A DNA stretch of 64,000 nt, from assembly GCA_965275905.1 (NCBI GenBank), contig CBDHYJ010000054.1, positions 17,497-81,496 on the forward strand. The letters are read 5' to 3'. Shown here in pieces: positions 1 to 9,631 of the stretch. Position 1 is the first letter of the stretch. Every line of letters begins with the position of its first letter. This DNA comes from Hyphomicrobiales bacterium. GTDB lineage: Bacteria > Pseudomonadota > Alphaproteobacteria > Rhizobiales > JAJFHC01. The position numbers and the translations under genes were made by a program. A model generated the notes under the pieces. That model saw only the letters and a list, made by a program, of their open reading frames with translations. It was not told the DNA's origin and ran no database searches.

Positions 1-86
1 CACTACTTGAATCGATGCACGCATCGGTGGCGTCGCTTGTCTTGAGTGTTGAGGAGGGGCGTTTCCATCGTCCATTGGGCGGGAAA

Positions 87-161
87 TGGTGGGCGTGACT
101 GGGATTGAACCAGTGACCTCTCCGGTGTGAACGGAACGCTCTCCCGCTGAGCTACACGCCC
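87..161 (-). tRNA. tRNA-Val (anticodon CAC), CCA encoded
   Basis: Reverse complement reads GGGCGTGTAGCTCAGCGGGAGAGCGTTCCGTTCACACCGGAGAGGTCACTGGTTCAATCCCAGTCACGCCCACCA. It has a 7-bp acceptor stem, D arm GCTC/GAGC, anticodon stem TTCCG/CGGAG with loop TTCACAC, and T arm ACTGG-TTCAATC-CCAGT. Confidence 0.9.
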
Positions 162-321
162 TTGATGTGCCACCGGGCGAGGCCCGGTCGGCGGTGCAAA
201 TCACCTGCCGGCACGCGGCGATATAAAGACCCGCCGCGCCGACAAGTCAAGACCGGCCGTCGTGACCCGCCATCACAATTCGGCTTGCAGCCGCGATCAC
301 CCTGCGGCACAAGCTCGGCTC

Positions 322-1590
322 ATGTCGACAGCCGCCGCCGAAAGCCTCGAACAACCGCGCACGACGACGGCGTGGCCGCTGGTCTTTCTGCTGTTCCTGG
401 CCGGCGTCGCGGTCGCCTTCCAGATCGGCAAGGTTCCCGGTGCGCTGCCCTTCCTGAAAGCCGATCTGGGGCTTTCGCTGTTCGTGGCCGGCTGGGTCGT
501 GTCGATGCTCAACATCCTGGCCGGTGTCGGCGGCGGCCTGTTCGGAACGGCGGCCGACTGGGCCGGTCATCGCCGTCTGGCACTGGCCGGCCTCATCGTC
601 ACGGCTGTCGCCGGCGCCGCCGGCTCCGTGGCCTCGTCGCCGGCTCTGCTGCTCGCGACCCGCGCGGTCGAGGGCCTTGGCTTTATTCTCACGACGGTTT
701 CCATTCCGCCGCTCATGCTTGCGCTCAGCGCGGACCGGGACCGGTCCAGGGTCATGGGCCTTTGGGGCGCCTACATGCCGACCGGCATGGGCGCCATGCT
801 GTTTCTGTCCGGTCCGCTCCTGACCGTCGTCGGCTGGCGCGATCTGTGGCTGATCACGAGCGCCCTGATTGCGGTGGTCGCGCTCCTGATCGCCCTCCTG
901 ATCGCAGCGCCGGCGCGCCGCGAGGGCGCGCGTCCCGCCGTTGCCTCGGCCCTGGCCGACTTCAGGTTGACGGTCCTGAGCCCGGGTCCGGTTCTCCTCG
1001 GAGCCGTGTTCGCGACCTACGCAGCGCAATACCTCATCGTGATGGCCTTCCTGCCGCTCCTGCTGATCGATGGACTGGGCGTTGTGCCGGCGACCGCGGC
1101 CATGCTTGGCGCCGTTGCGGTCGCGGCGAACGTGATCGGCAACCTGGCGTCGGGTGTTCTGCTCGACCGGGGCTTCAGCCGCAGCGGGCTCATCATCGGG
1201 ACCAGCGCGGTCATGGCCCTCATGGGAGCGGTCATCTTTCTCGACTGGTTCGGCCTCGGCATCCGGTTCGCCGCGGCGATCGTCCTTTCCGCGGTCGGTG
1301 GGCTCATTCCCGGCGCGCTGTTCGCGGGCGCGCCGGTGCACGCGCCGCGTCCGGGGCTGGTTGCAAGCGTCAGCGGGCTGCTGATGCAGGGGGCGGCGCT
1401 TGGTCAGCTCGTTGGGCCGCCCGCCGCGGGCTGGCTTGTGTCGGCGGCCGGCAACTGGTCCGCCGCAATCGGCATCATGGTGCTCTCAGCCGGGCTGACA
1501 TGCTGTTCGGCATTCGCTCTCGGGCGGATCGAGGCGCGTCAGGCGAACGACACGAAGGCGCGCAGCGCGTCGTCCAGTTCGTCGAAGTGA
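322..1590 (+). CDS. MFS transporter
   Basis: ORF 262..1590 is a multi-TM hydrophobic protein with MFS-like helices (AWPLVFLLFLAGVAVAF...). ATG at 322 is preferred over GTG at 262, but the start is uncertain. Confidence 0.75.
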   Translation: MSTAAAESLEQPRTTTAWPLVFLLFLAGVAVAFQIGKVPGALPFLKADLGLSLFVAGWVVSMLNILAGVGGGLFGTAADWAGHRRLALAGLIVTAVAGAAGSVASSPALLLATRAVEGLGFILTTVSIPPLMLALSADRDRSRVMGLWGAYMPTGMGAMLFLSGPLLTVVGWRDLWLITSALIAVVALLIALLIAAPARREGARPAVASALADFRLTVLSPGPVLLGAVFATYAAQYLIVMAFLPLLLIDGLGVVPATAAMLGAVAVAANVIGNLASGVLLDRGFSRSGLIIGTSAVMALMGAVIFLDWFGLGIRFAAAIVLSAVGGLIPGALFAGAPVHAPRPGLVASVSGLLMQGAALGQLVGPPAAGWLVSAAGNWSAAIGIMVLSAGLTCCSAFALGRIEARQANDTKARSASSSSSK

Positions 1591-2216
1591 TCGATCAGCC
1601 GGTCGGGCCCGAACGTGGCGACCGGCTCCGGCGTATAGCCGAAAGTCACCGCGACAACCGGAATGCTTGCGGCCTGCGATGCGGCCACATCGGTCTGGCT
1701 GTCGCCGACCATGACCGTCGCGTCCGGGTGCCCGCCGACACGGCGCATGGTTTCCAGCACATGCTCCGGATCGGGCTTGCGCACGGCAAGCGTGTCGCCG
1801 CCGACCACGGCGCCGAAATATCGGCTCATGTCGAGAATATCGAGCAGCTTGACGGACGCCCATTCCGGCTTGTTGGTGCACACCCCCATCGCGCAGCCGG
1901 CGTCATTGAGCCGGTCGAGCGCTTCGAGGACGCCCGGAAACGGGCGGCTGGTATCGGCGATGTGCTCGCCATAGTGCTCGAGGAACTCGTCAAACATGCT
2001 GTCGATCTCCTCTGCCGTGGCCGGTTCGCCGGTCGCCGCCATGGCGCGTTCCATGAGCACCTTGGCGCCGCGGCCGACCATGTTGCGGACGCTGTCGAGC
2101 GAAAGTTCCGGCCGGCCCCGGCGGACCAGCAGCATGTTCATGGATGCCGCGAGGTCCGGAGCGGTGTCGACGAGCGTACCGTCCAGGTCGAAGAGTATGG
2201 CGGGGGCGGAGGACAT
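1539..2216 (-). CDS. gph: HAD-family phosphoglycolate phosphatase
   Basis: The N-terminus ILFDLDGTLVDTAPDL is HAD motif I, and GDSQTDVAASQAA is motif IV. Length is 225 aa. Confidence 0.8.
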   Translation of the reverse strand: MSSAPAILFDLDGTLVDTAPDLAASMNMLLVRRGRPELSLDSVRNMVGRGAKVLMERAMAATGEPATAEEIDSMFDEFLEHYGEHIADTSRPFPGVLEALDRLNDAGCAMGVCTNKPEWASVKLLDILDMSRYFGAVVGGDTLAVRKPDPEHVLETMRRVGGHPDATVMVGDSQTDVAASQAASIPVVAVTFGYTPEPVATFGPDRLIDHFDELDDALRAFVSFA

Positions 2217-2356
2217 GAAGCGTCGCGGTTCCTTGTTGTGTGAGGTGAGTCGAGGCGGGCGCGGCGTACTCTAGAGCGATTTGTCTGCGGAATGAATAGC
2301 CGTATCCGCGTGCCGTTGAAGTGGCGTTGAGGCCTCCCTCGGCGTACACTCCGGCA

Positions 2357-3172
2357 ATGCAGTGCGGGCGAACGATTGCCGCCGCCTTTTTGGCGATTTT
2401 TGCCGCCGTTCACGCCCGTGCGGGAGAATGGCGGGCGGGCGGATATATTTTCAGCGACGAACTTGGCGGCTTTGAGATCCGCTCGGTTTCGGGCAAGGGC
2501 TCCGTCGAGGATCCGGTCGTGATCCTCCAGCATTTCGGGAACATTGAACCGTCGATCCTGGCGATCCGCAGGGAGACGGCGCCCACCGGCCAGATCCTTC
2601 CCGGCCACACTGGAGCCATGCAGCTCGCCGTCGTTTCCATCGTGATCAACGGCAGCGGGCGGACGTGGGCCGGTTTCGATCTCGAACTGCAGGAAAAGCT
2701 CGGCAAGCCGAGCGTCTATCTCGACGGCCTGTCTTTCGACCAGATGAAGCTGTTCGGCGGACGGACCTTCCAGTCCGACCGGTTCGAGCTCTTCACCGAC
2801 CTCAAGGAGCCCTACGACCGGATCCGGTTCGAGCACGGGTTCGTCAATCACGGCGACCGGGTCGAGTTCAGCTACTACGTGACCGACGTGACGCCGACCA
2901 GCAGGTTCTTCATTCTTCAGGAGCCTAAGGTGCTCTCCGCGATGGCGCCGGCGAAAGACCCTGTCCGGCGTGCGGATGTCACTCCCGGGCCCAGGCCTTC
3001 AGCCCGTCCAGGGTGGCGGCATAGGCAGACAGCGCGTTATCGATCACGCGCCGCTCCCAATGGGTTCGCCTTGGAGCATAGTTATTCCGGATCTCGTCAC
3101 GGAATTCGCCCGATTGCGCGGACTCGAAGCCGCCGACGAAGCGCATCCAGCGCTCCAGCATGGGAATCCTGA
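2357..3172 (+). CDS. hypothetical secreted protein
   Basis: A signal-peptide-like N-terminus (MQCGRTIAAAFLAIFAAVHARA) begins at the internal ATG 2357. I recognise no family. The 3' ~190 nt overlap the convergent DUF2817 gene, so the C-terminus is uncertain. Confidence 0.45.
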   Translation: MQCGRTIAAAFLAIFAAVHARAGEWRAGGYIFSDELGGFEIRSVSGKGSVEDPVVILQHFGNIEPSILAIRRETAPTGQILPGHTGAMQLAVVSIVINGSGRTWAGFDLELQEKLGKPSVYLDGLSFDQMKLFGGRTFQSDRFELFTDLKEPYDRIRFEHGFVNHGDRVEFSYYVTDVTPTSRFFILQEPKVLSAMAPAKDPVRRADVTPGPRPSARPGWRHRQTARYRSRAAPNGFALEHSYSGSRHGIRPIARTRSRRRSASSAPAWES

Positions 3173-4102
3173 AGGCGCCGGCGGGGCCTTCCGGCGGCGA
3201 GGCGGAACAGAATTCGATGACGCCGCCGGTCAGTTCCGCGTTTTCCGGCAGCAACGCCGCAACGCCGTCGGCGAGCAGACCGTGGCGGCCCGGCCGCCGG
3301 CCGCCCCACAGCCTGTCGACCTCGCTGTCGTCGAGGTTGCTTTCACCCCACCAGGCTTGCGCGCGCGCAAAACTGTCGGACGCCCTGTCCGCGTAACACA
3401 GATAGATCAGTTCTCCGTCGCCGACCGGCCCGGAGTGCCAGTCGATCAGGCCGACCTTCCGCACCGAGCGAAACCGGTCGCGCACGAGATCTGTAAGGAT
3501 GCTCCGTGCCCAGGTCCTGTCACGGCCGCCGTAATAATACCCGTCGGCATGCTCGTACTGTCCGCGGCTGAGCGCATCGTCGATGGTCCACTGGCCGTGC
3601 TCCTCCGCAAGTGCACCGACCTGCCGTGCCGCTTCTCGCTGAGCGCGTCTTCGTCGATCCGGACCGGGCACAGGAGCGGGTGCAGTTCGCGGTAGAGGGC
3701 GTTCTGCGGCGACGGGCGTGAATGATCGATCCAGTTGCGGTTGAGATCGACATTGTCTTCCGTGCAGCGCAGCGTGTGCGCGAAGCCGAACGGATTGGCG
3801 GCATGCACCATCAGCATGGCAACCGATCCGTCCAGCGCCTTCGCTCCGCCGTCGGCGATCCACGCGGCCTGTGCCGCCGATCCCGCGAATCCCTCCGCCC
3901 CGTGGGTGCCGGACAGGTTGAGCAGGACCGTGGTCGCGTCCGTGTCGCCGAACCATGCCGTGTCGAGAAACAGCCGTTCTCCGTCCAGTCCGCGCGCGTT
4001 GGTGTTCTCGAAGGCCTCAAGCCGCGCACCGGCAGCGTCGGCACGGTCCAGGAACTTCGCGCGCGCGTCCTTGTAGCTGTCGGAAAAGAAGTCGACGGCC
4101 AT
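2979..4102 (-). pseudogene. DUF2817 / M14-like (succinylglutamate desuccinylase-aspartoacylase fold) protein, frameshifted
   Basis: The N-terminal half (MAVDFFSDSYKDARAKF...ALYRELHPLLCPVRIDEDA) lies in the frame of ORF 3446..4210. The C-terminal half (AQREAARQVGALAEEHGQWTIDDALSRGQYEHADGYYYGG...DGLKAWARE) lies in the frame of ORF 2979..3956. The frame switch is near 3640-3650. Confidence 0.7.
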
Positions 4103-4254
4103 GCAATACCTCGTTGGAGCGGCGCCGCCGATCGGTTGGCGATTGTCCACCATCGCCGCTTTGTCCGCGATGTGGGCCATGATAACAAATGAGCTAACAG
4201 AGGACACCACGCGTGCAAACTGGCACCCGGACGGAATAGCAGGGAGACAAGATA

Positions 4255-5703
4255 ATGCAACTGAGCGATCCGTCGCTGCTGTGCGACAAGTGCTTCATTG
4301 ATGGCCAGTGGGTCGGAAGCAACCAGACCTTCGACGTCACCAACCCGGCGAACGGAGAGGTGGTCGCTGCCGTGCCGGATCTTGGGGTCGAGGAGACCCG
4401 GCAGGCCATCGAGGCGGCGAATGCCGCGTTCGGCGAGTGGTCGGCGCTCACGGCGAAGGCGCGCAGCAAGATCCTGCGCACCTGGTTCGACCTGCAGATC
4501 GAGAACAAGGAAGACCTGGCCGTCATCATGACGACCGAAATGGGCAAGCCGCTGGCCGAGGCGCGCGGCGAGGTGGAGTATGCGGCCTCCTTCATCGAGT
4601 TCTATGCCGAGGAAGCCAAGCGCGTAACCGGCGAGACGATCCCGACCCACAAGACCGACAGCCGCATCGTGGTCATCAAGCAGCCGGTCGGCGTCGTGGC
4701 CGCCATTACGCCCTGGAATTTTCCGGCTGCCATGATCACGCGGAAGGTCGGCCCTGCGCTCGCGGCGGGCTGCACGGTGGTCTGCAAGCCGGCCGGCGCC
4801 ACGCCGCTGACGGCCCTGGCGCTTGCGGCTCTGGGCGAGCGGGCCGGCATCCCCGCCGGCGTGATCAATGTGGTCACGGGCAGGCGGTCGTCGGCGATCG
4901 GCGGCGAACTCACCTCCAACCCTCTGGTCCGGCTGGTGACCTTCACCGGGTCGACCGAGATCGGCAAGGTGCTGATGGCGCAGGCCGCTTCGACCATCAA
5001 GAAGGTTGACCTCGAACTCGGCGGCAATGCGCCCTTTATCGTGTTCGACGACGCGGATCTCGATGCGGCCGTGCAGGGTGCGATGGCCTCGAAGTACCGC
5101 AATGCGGGCCAGACCTGCGTATGCGCCAACCGGATTCTCGTGCAGGACGGCGTTTACGATGCATTTGCCGAAAAGCTCGCCGCCGCCGTTTCCCAGCTCA
5201 AGGTCGGCAACGGCATGGACGATGGCGTCACCCAGGGTCCGCTGATCAACGAGGAAGGCATCGAGAAGGTCGAGGAACACGTTGCGGACGCCGTTGAGCA
5301 GGGCGCCAAGATCGTGATCGGCGGCAAGCGATCGGAACTCGGCGGCACGTTTTACGAGCCGACCGTCCTGACCGGCGTGACAACGGACATGAAGGTGACC
5401 AACGAAGAGACGTTCGGTCCGGTCGCGCCGCTGTTCCGCTTCAAGACCGACGACGAGGCCATACAGATGGCCAACGACACGCAGTTCGGGCTGGCGGCCT
5501 ACTTCTACAGCCGCGATCTCGGGCGTTGCTGGCGCGTCGGTGAAGCGCTCGAATACGGCATGGTCGGCATCAATGAGGGCATTATCTCGACGGAGGTGGC
5601 GCCGTTCGGCGGGGTCAAGGAGTCGGGTCTCGGCCGCGAGGGGTCGAGCCACGGCATCGATGAGTTCGTAGAAATGAAATACATGCTCATGGGCGGGATC
5701 TGA
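4255..5703 (+). CDS. gabD: succinate-semialdehyde dehydrogenase (NAD(P)+)
   Basis: 482-aa ALDH-family protein with a GabD-like N-terminus (CFIDGQWV...FDVTNPANGEVVAAVPD), the ELGGNAPFIVFDDADLD motif and the catalytic Cys context GQTCVCANR. Confidence 0.9.
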   Translation: MQLSDPSLLCDKCFIDGQWVGSNQTFDVTNPANGEVVAAVPDLGVEETRQAIEAANAAFGEWSALTAKARSKILRTWFDLQIENKEDLAVIMTTEMGKPLAEARGEVEYAASFIEFYAEEAKRVTGETIPTHKTDSRIVVIKQPVGVVAAITPWNFPAAMITRKVGPALAAGCTVVCKPAGATPLTALALAALGERAGIPAGVINVVTGRRSSAIGGELTSNPLVRLVTFTGSTEIGKVLMAQAASTIKKVDLELGGNAPFIVFDDADLDAAVQGAMASKYRNAGQTCVCANRILVQDGVYDAFAEKLAAAVSQLKVGNGMDDGVTQGPLINEEGIEKVEEHVADAVEQGAKIVIGGKRSELGGTFYEPTVLTGVTTDMKVTNEETFGPVAPLFRFKTDDEAIQMANDTQFGLAAYFYSRDLGRCWRVGEALEYGMVGINEGIISTEVAPFGGVKESGLGREGSSHGIDEFVEMKYMLMGGI

Positions 5704-5709
5704 CGGCGC

Positions 5710-6402
5710 ATGTCGGCTGACGATCAGAAACGGCGGGCCGGCGAGAAAGCGCTGGACTTCGTCGAGCCCGGCATGAGGCTCGGGCTCGGAACCGGCTCGA
5801 CCGCCGACCATTTCGTCCGGGCGCTGGGCGCGAGAGTGGCCGCGGGCCTCGACGTGGTCGGCGTCCCGACATCGGAGGCAACGGCGCAGCTTGCCCGCTC
5901 GCTGGGCATCCCCCTGACCACGCTGGACGAGACGCCTGTCCTCGACGTGACGGTCGACGGCGCGGACGAGCTCGATGCGGGACTCCGGCTCATCAAGGGC
6001 GGCGGCGGCGCGCTGCTGCGCGAAAAGATCGTCGCCTCCAGTTCCGGGCGCATGGTCGTGATTGCCGACGACAGCAAGGAGGTAGGCACCCTCGGGCAGT
6101 TTCCTTTGCCCGTGGAGGTCATTCGCTTCGGTGCTGAAGCGACCTGCGGCAAGATCGCATCGGCCGCCGGTGATGTCGGCTGTGCCGGCGCCATTGGCCT
6201 GCGCCGCTCGGGCGACGGGGAGCCGTTCCTCACCGACAGCGGCCACTTCATCTATGACTGCGCCTTCGGAGCGATCCCGGATCCGGACGCTCTCTCTGCG
6301 GTCCTGAACGCGATACCCGGCGTCGTGGAGCACGGCCTGTTCATCGGGCTTGCGACCGTTGCTATCCTCGGAACGGACGAAGGCACCAGAACGATCGGCT
6401 AG
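5710..6402 (+). CDS. rpiA: ribose-5-phosphate isomerase A
   Basis: Contains the [20 protein letters not shown] and [13 protein letters not shown] motifs typical of RpiA. Length is 230 aa. Confidence 0.9.
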   Translation: MSADDQKRRAGEKALDFVEPGMRLGLGTGSTADHFVRALGARVAAGLDVVGVPTSEATAQLARSLGIPLTTLDETPVLDVTVDGADELDAGLRLIKGGGGALLREKIVASSSGRMVVIADDSKEVGTLGQFPLPVEVIRFGAEATCGKIASAAGDVGCAGAIGLRRSGDGEPFLTDSGHFIYDCAFGAIPDPDALSAVLNAIPGVVEHGLFIGLATVAILGTDEGTRTIG

Positions 6403-6436
6403 GACAACCTCTGGACAGTCCAGAAAAGGAGTCGAA

Positions 6437-6949
6437 ATGAAGCTCTCGAGATTGCCGCTCGTTATCCCGGTCCTTGCCCTTCTGCTGGGCGGTTTTTCAA
6501 CAGGCGTCCTGGCGCAAGAGAAAAAGCCGACCGCGTCTCATCTGGCTATTGCCAAGGAAATGCTGCGCGTGACGCGGGCTGATCAGATGATGAAGCAGAT
6601 CACCGGCATGGTCGTGCCGGAACAGCGCAAGACCATCAAGTCACTGCGGCCCGACATACCCGACAAGATCCTTGATCGATTCATCGAGCTGTTCCGGGCG
6701 GCAATGTCCCGGCACATGGGCGATTTTCTCGATGTGGCGGCAATTGCTTACACCAGGCACATGAGTGAAGAGGACATGAAGGCGGCGGTGAAGTTCTTCA
6801 AGACGGATGCCGGACAGCGGATACTGGCCGCCCAGCCCATCCTGACGCGGGAACTGTTCCAGATTGGTTCGGCAATGGGACGGGAGATTTCCAATAAGGC
6901 AACCCGGGAAGCCCGGGAGCAATTGGGCAGGGAAGGGTACAAGCTCTGA
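6437..6949 (+). CDS. DUF2059 domain periplasmic protein
   Basis: ATG at 6437 follows AAAGGAG. It has a signal peptide (MKLSRLPLVIPVLALLLGG) and a DUF2059-like block (MSEEDMKAAVKFFKTDAGQRILAAQP). Confidence 0.7.
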   Translation: MKLSRLPLVIPVLALLLGGFSTGVLAQEKKPTASHLAIAKEMLRVTRADQMMKQITGMVVPEQRKTIKSLRPDIPDKILDRFIELFRAAMSRHMGDFLDVAAIAYTRHMSEEDMKAAVKFFKTDAGQRILAAQPILTRELFQIGSAMGREISNKATREAREQLGREGYKL

Positions 6950-6962
6950 GGTGGCTGCGGCG

Positions 6963-7484
6963 ATGGAGATGTCCTTTAAGGCCAGAAGCCTCGTAACGAT
7001 CCTGAGCGCCGCGGTTACAATAGCGTGCGTCGGCATCTCTGTGCGGGCGCAGGATAACGCACCGTCACAGTCCCATCTTGACGAGGCCCGCCGTTTCCTC
7101 GAACTGACCGAGGCGACGCAATTCATGGATCGGATGTTCGCACTGACCCGCGCCCAGTCCGTTTCGGAGCTGAAGCGCCGGCACGCCGATGCGCCGGCGC
7201 CGGTTGTCGAGCGCTTCACGACACTCCTCAAGCAGGCCTTCGACCGGCGCAAGGGGCTTTTTCTCGACGAAGCGAGCACTATCTATGCGAAGAACCTCAG
7301 CGAAGCCGACTTGCGTTCGGCGGTCGAGTTCTATAGCAGCGAAGCGGGCAGGAGCCTTGTCAGGGCGCAGCCGGATCTTACATCCGAGGTGGCCGTGCTC
7401 GGCATGCGCATCAACAGCCGGATCGCCGGACCGTCCGTCCGGGAAGCGATAGAGAATCTGAAAAAGGAAGGTTTCGACTACTGA
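6963..7484 (+). CDS. DUF2059 domain periplasmic protein (tandem paralogue)
   Basis: Signal-peptide-like N-terminus plus a block LSEADLRSAVEFYSSEAGRSLVRAQP that parallels the upstream gene. Confidence 0.7.
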   Translation: MEMSFKARSLVTILSAAVTIACVGISVRAQDNAPSQSHLDEARRFLELTEATQFMDRMFALTRAQSVSELKRRHADAPAPVVERFTTLLKQAFDRRKGLFLDEASTIYAKNLSEADLRSAVEFYSSEAGRSLVRAQPDLTSEVAVLGMRINSRIAGPSVREAIENLKKEGFDY

Positions 7485-7510
7485 TCGGAGCCGCACGCGG
7501 AGAGTCAGCG

Positions 7511-8896
7511 ATGGCAACCTACGATTATGATCTTTTCACCATTGGAGCCGGTTCGGGCGGCGTGCGCGCATCGCGCATGGCGGCGCAGCATGGCGCCCGC
7601 GTCGCGGTGGCCGAGGAATACCGGGTCGGGGGCACCTGCGTGATCAGGGGCTGCGTGCCCAAGAAGCTGTTCGTCTACGCCAGCCATTTCTCCGAAGACT
7701 TTGAAAATGCGGCCGGATTCGGCTGGAGCGTCGGCGACTCCACGTTCGACTGGAAGGCACTGATCGCCAACAAGGACCGCGAGATCGACCGCCTCAACGG
7801 CATCTACATCCGCAACTTGCAGAATTCGGATGTCGAGATCATTCAGTCGCGCGCCACGCTCAAGGACGCCCACACCGTGCATCTGGAGGCTGAGGGCAGG
7901 GACGTGACGGCGGAACGCATCCTGATCGCGACCGGGGCCTGGCCTTTCGTGCCCGACGATGTGCCGGGCGCGGAGCACGCCATCACCTCGAACGAAGCGT
8001 TCCATCTGGACGCGTTGCCCGAACACATCACCATCGTCGGCGGCGGTTATATCGCGGTCGAGTTCGCCGGTATCTTCAACGGTCTTGGCGTCCAGACAAC
8101 GCTGCTCTACCGGGGCGAACAGATCCTGCGCGGTTTCGACGACGATCTGCGCGACATGCTGCACGAGGAAATGGGCAAGAAGGGCATCGACGTCCGCGTG
8201 ATGAGCGATATCGCCCGCATCGAGCCCAATGGCGGCAAATATGACCTCACCCTCAAGAACGGCGATCACCTCTCGACCGGTCTGGTCATGTACGCGACGG
8301 GCCGCAAGCCCAACGTCTCCGGTCTCGGCCTGGAACAGGCGGGGGTCGAACTCGGATGGAACGGCCATGTGGTCGTGGACGAGTATTCGAAGACCAGCGT
8401 GGACAACATTTACGCGGTCGGCGACGTCACGGACCGCGCGAACCTGACGCCGGTCGCCATCCGCGAGGGCGCGGCCTTTGCCGAGACCGTCTACAACAAC
8501 AACCCGGTGGCGGTCGACCACACCACCATACCGACCGCCGTCTTCAGCCAGCCTGAGATCGGCACGGTCGGGCTGACCGAGGCCGAGGCCCGCGAGATGT
8601 ACCGCAAGCTCGACATCTACAAGTCGTCCTTCCGGCCCATGAAGCACACGCTGTCGGGGTCCGACGAAAAGATGCTTATGAAGATCATCGTCGACGGTGA
8701 GAGCCAGCGTGTTGTCGGCTGTCACATCATGGGGCCGGACGCGGGCGAGATGGCGCAGCTTCTGGGCATCGCGCTCAAGATGGGCGCCACCAAGGCCGAT
8801 TTCGACGCCACCATCGCGGTGCACCCGACGGCAGCCGAGGAACTCGTCACGATGCGCGAGGTGACCTCGACCTGGACGGCGGAGGCGGCGGAGTAG
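7511..8896 (+). CDS. gor: glutathione-disulfide reductase
   Basis: Contains DYDLFTIGAGSGGVRASR (FAD fold), the redox-active GGTCVIRGCVPKK, and the C-terminal HPTAAEELVTM interface motif. Confidence 0.9.
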   Translation: MATYDYDLFTIGAGSGGVRASRMAAQHGARVAVAEEYRVGGTCVIRGCVPKKLFVYASHFSEDFENAAGFGWSVGDSTFDWKALIANKDREIDRLNGIYIRNLQNSDVEIIQSRATLKDAHTVHLEAEGRDVTAERILIATGAWPFVPDDVPGAEHAITSNEAFHLDALPEHITIVGGGYIAVEFAGIFNGLGVQTTLLYRGEQILRGFDDDLRDMLHEEMGKKGIDVRVMSDIARIEPNGGKYDLTLKNGDHLSTGLVMYATGRKPNVSGLGLEQAGVELGWNGHVVVDEYSKTSVDNIYAVGDVTDRANLTPVAIREGAAFAETVYNNNPVAVDHTTIPTAVFSQPEIGTVGLTEAEAREMYRKLDIYKSSFRPMKHTLSGSDEKMLMKIIVDGESQRVVGCHIMGPDAGEMAQLLGIALKMGATKADFDATIAVHPTAAEELVTMREVTSTWTAEAAE

Positions 8897-9207
8897 ACGC
8901 TGTCGCCGATGGGCGATCTCTGGCGCCCATACCAATTGCCGATGGATCTTGTAGGATAGCCGGTCTAGCGGACGGGATCGCCTGACCGGGCGTGTCCCGG
9001 AACGCAATTGCGATGATCTGCGCGCGTTGAGGCGTTCAGGGCGCTGCACCCGCGGGATGAACTCGCGACTGCTGAAGGTGTTCCCGCGGCTCTTATTGAG
9101 CAGACATTCGCGCCGACAGGCACCCCTTCTTTCCGCCGGCCGGTCGCGGCAAGGCGCGAATTCGAGCGAATGCGCGGTCGCAGACACACCTAACCGAGGA
9201 GATTTTG

Positions 9208-9384
9208 ATGAGATCAGTAGAAGTCAGGCATGTCGATGACACCAGGGTGCAGGAGCTTGTGGCGCGTATGCAGCACCGGCTGGGGCGCTCGTCGCATTCC
9301 AGGCAGGACCTCCGGAAATTCGCCGAGTTGTTTCTGCTGGCGGCCGAAGAGTTCGAGGAAATGCGGGCGGAGGGACGGGCATAA
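9208..9384 (+). CDS. small hypothetical protein (58 aa), below the ORF-track cutoff
   Basis: Hand translation gives MRSVEVRHVDDTRVQELVARMQHRLGRSSHSRQDLRKFAELFLLAAEEFEEMRAEGRA. ATG 9208 is preceded by GAGGAG (9196-9201) with a 6-nt spacer. Confidence 0.4.
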   Translation: MRSVEVRHVDDTRVQELVARMQHRLGRSSHSRQDLRKFAELFLLAAEEFEEMRAEGRA

Positions 9385-9430
9385 CCACCTTACAGCGACG
9401 CAGTGTGCCGATGGCAATCACTCCGCTGTT

Positions 9431-9631
9431 TCATGCGCCGCCTCCGTGCCCGACGCCGTTCGCCTGGTCGATCATGTGGAAAATATCCACCAGATGGCAC
9501 CCGGCCTCCAGCAAGGCGTCGACCAGATCTTCCCGGCTGAGGGCCTCGGTGGTTTGCCATTCCTCCTTGCTGTCCGGAGGCGAGACCCTTGCCGTGTAGC
9601 GGTCGCCTGCTTTGATCACTTCGATTGCCAT
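9431..9631 (-). CDS. small hypothetical protein (66 aa)
   Basis: The internal ATG of ORF 9431..9853 is preceded by GAGG. Product is MAIEVIKAGDRYTARVSPPDSKEEWQTTEALSREDLVDALLEAGCHLVDIFHMIDQANGVGHGGGA. The upstream part of the long ORF is Arg/Cys-rich and looks non-coding. Confidence 0.45.
   Translation of the reverse strand: MAIEVIKAGDRYTARVSPPDSKEEWQTTEALSREDLVDALLEAGCHLVDIFHMIDQANGVGHGGGA

Noticed and set aside
87-2300. tRNA-Val as an integration site for a genomic island
   Set aside because: No integrase is present, no duplicated tRNA 3' end was seen downstream, and the flanking genes (MFS, gph) have ordinary composition.
3811-6333. 840-aa ORF on the minus strand spanning gabD and rpiA
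   Set aside because: It lies antisense to two well-supported genes and is Arg/Ala/Gly/Asp-rich with no recognisable motifs. This is a typical shadow ORF of high-GC DNA. The same reasoning applies to 162..2243(+), 7505..9187(-), 14093..15895(+), 17977..20169(-), 21791..23806(+), 27387..29315(+), 29944..31230(+), 44983..46329(-) and 50066..52012(-).
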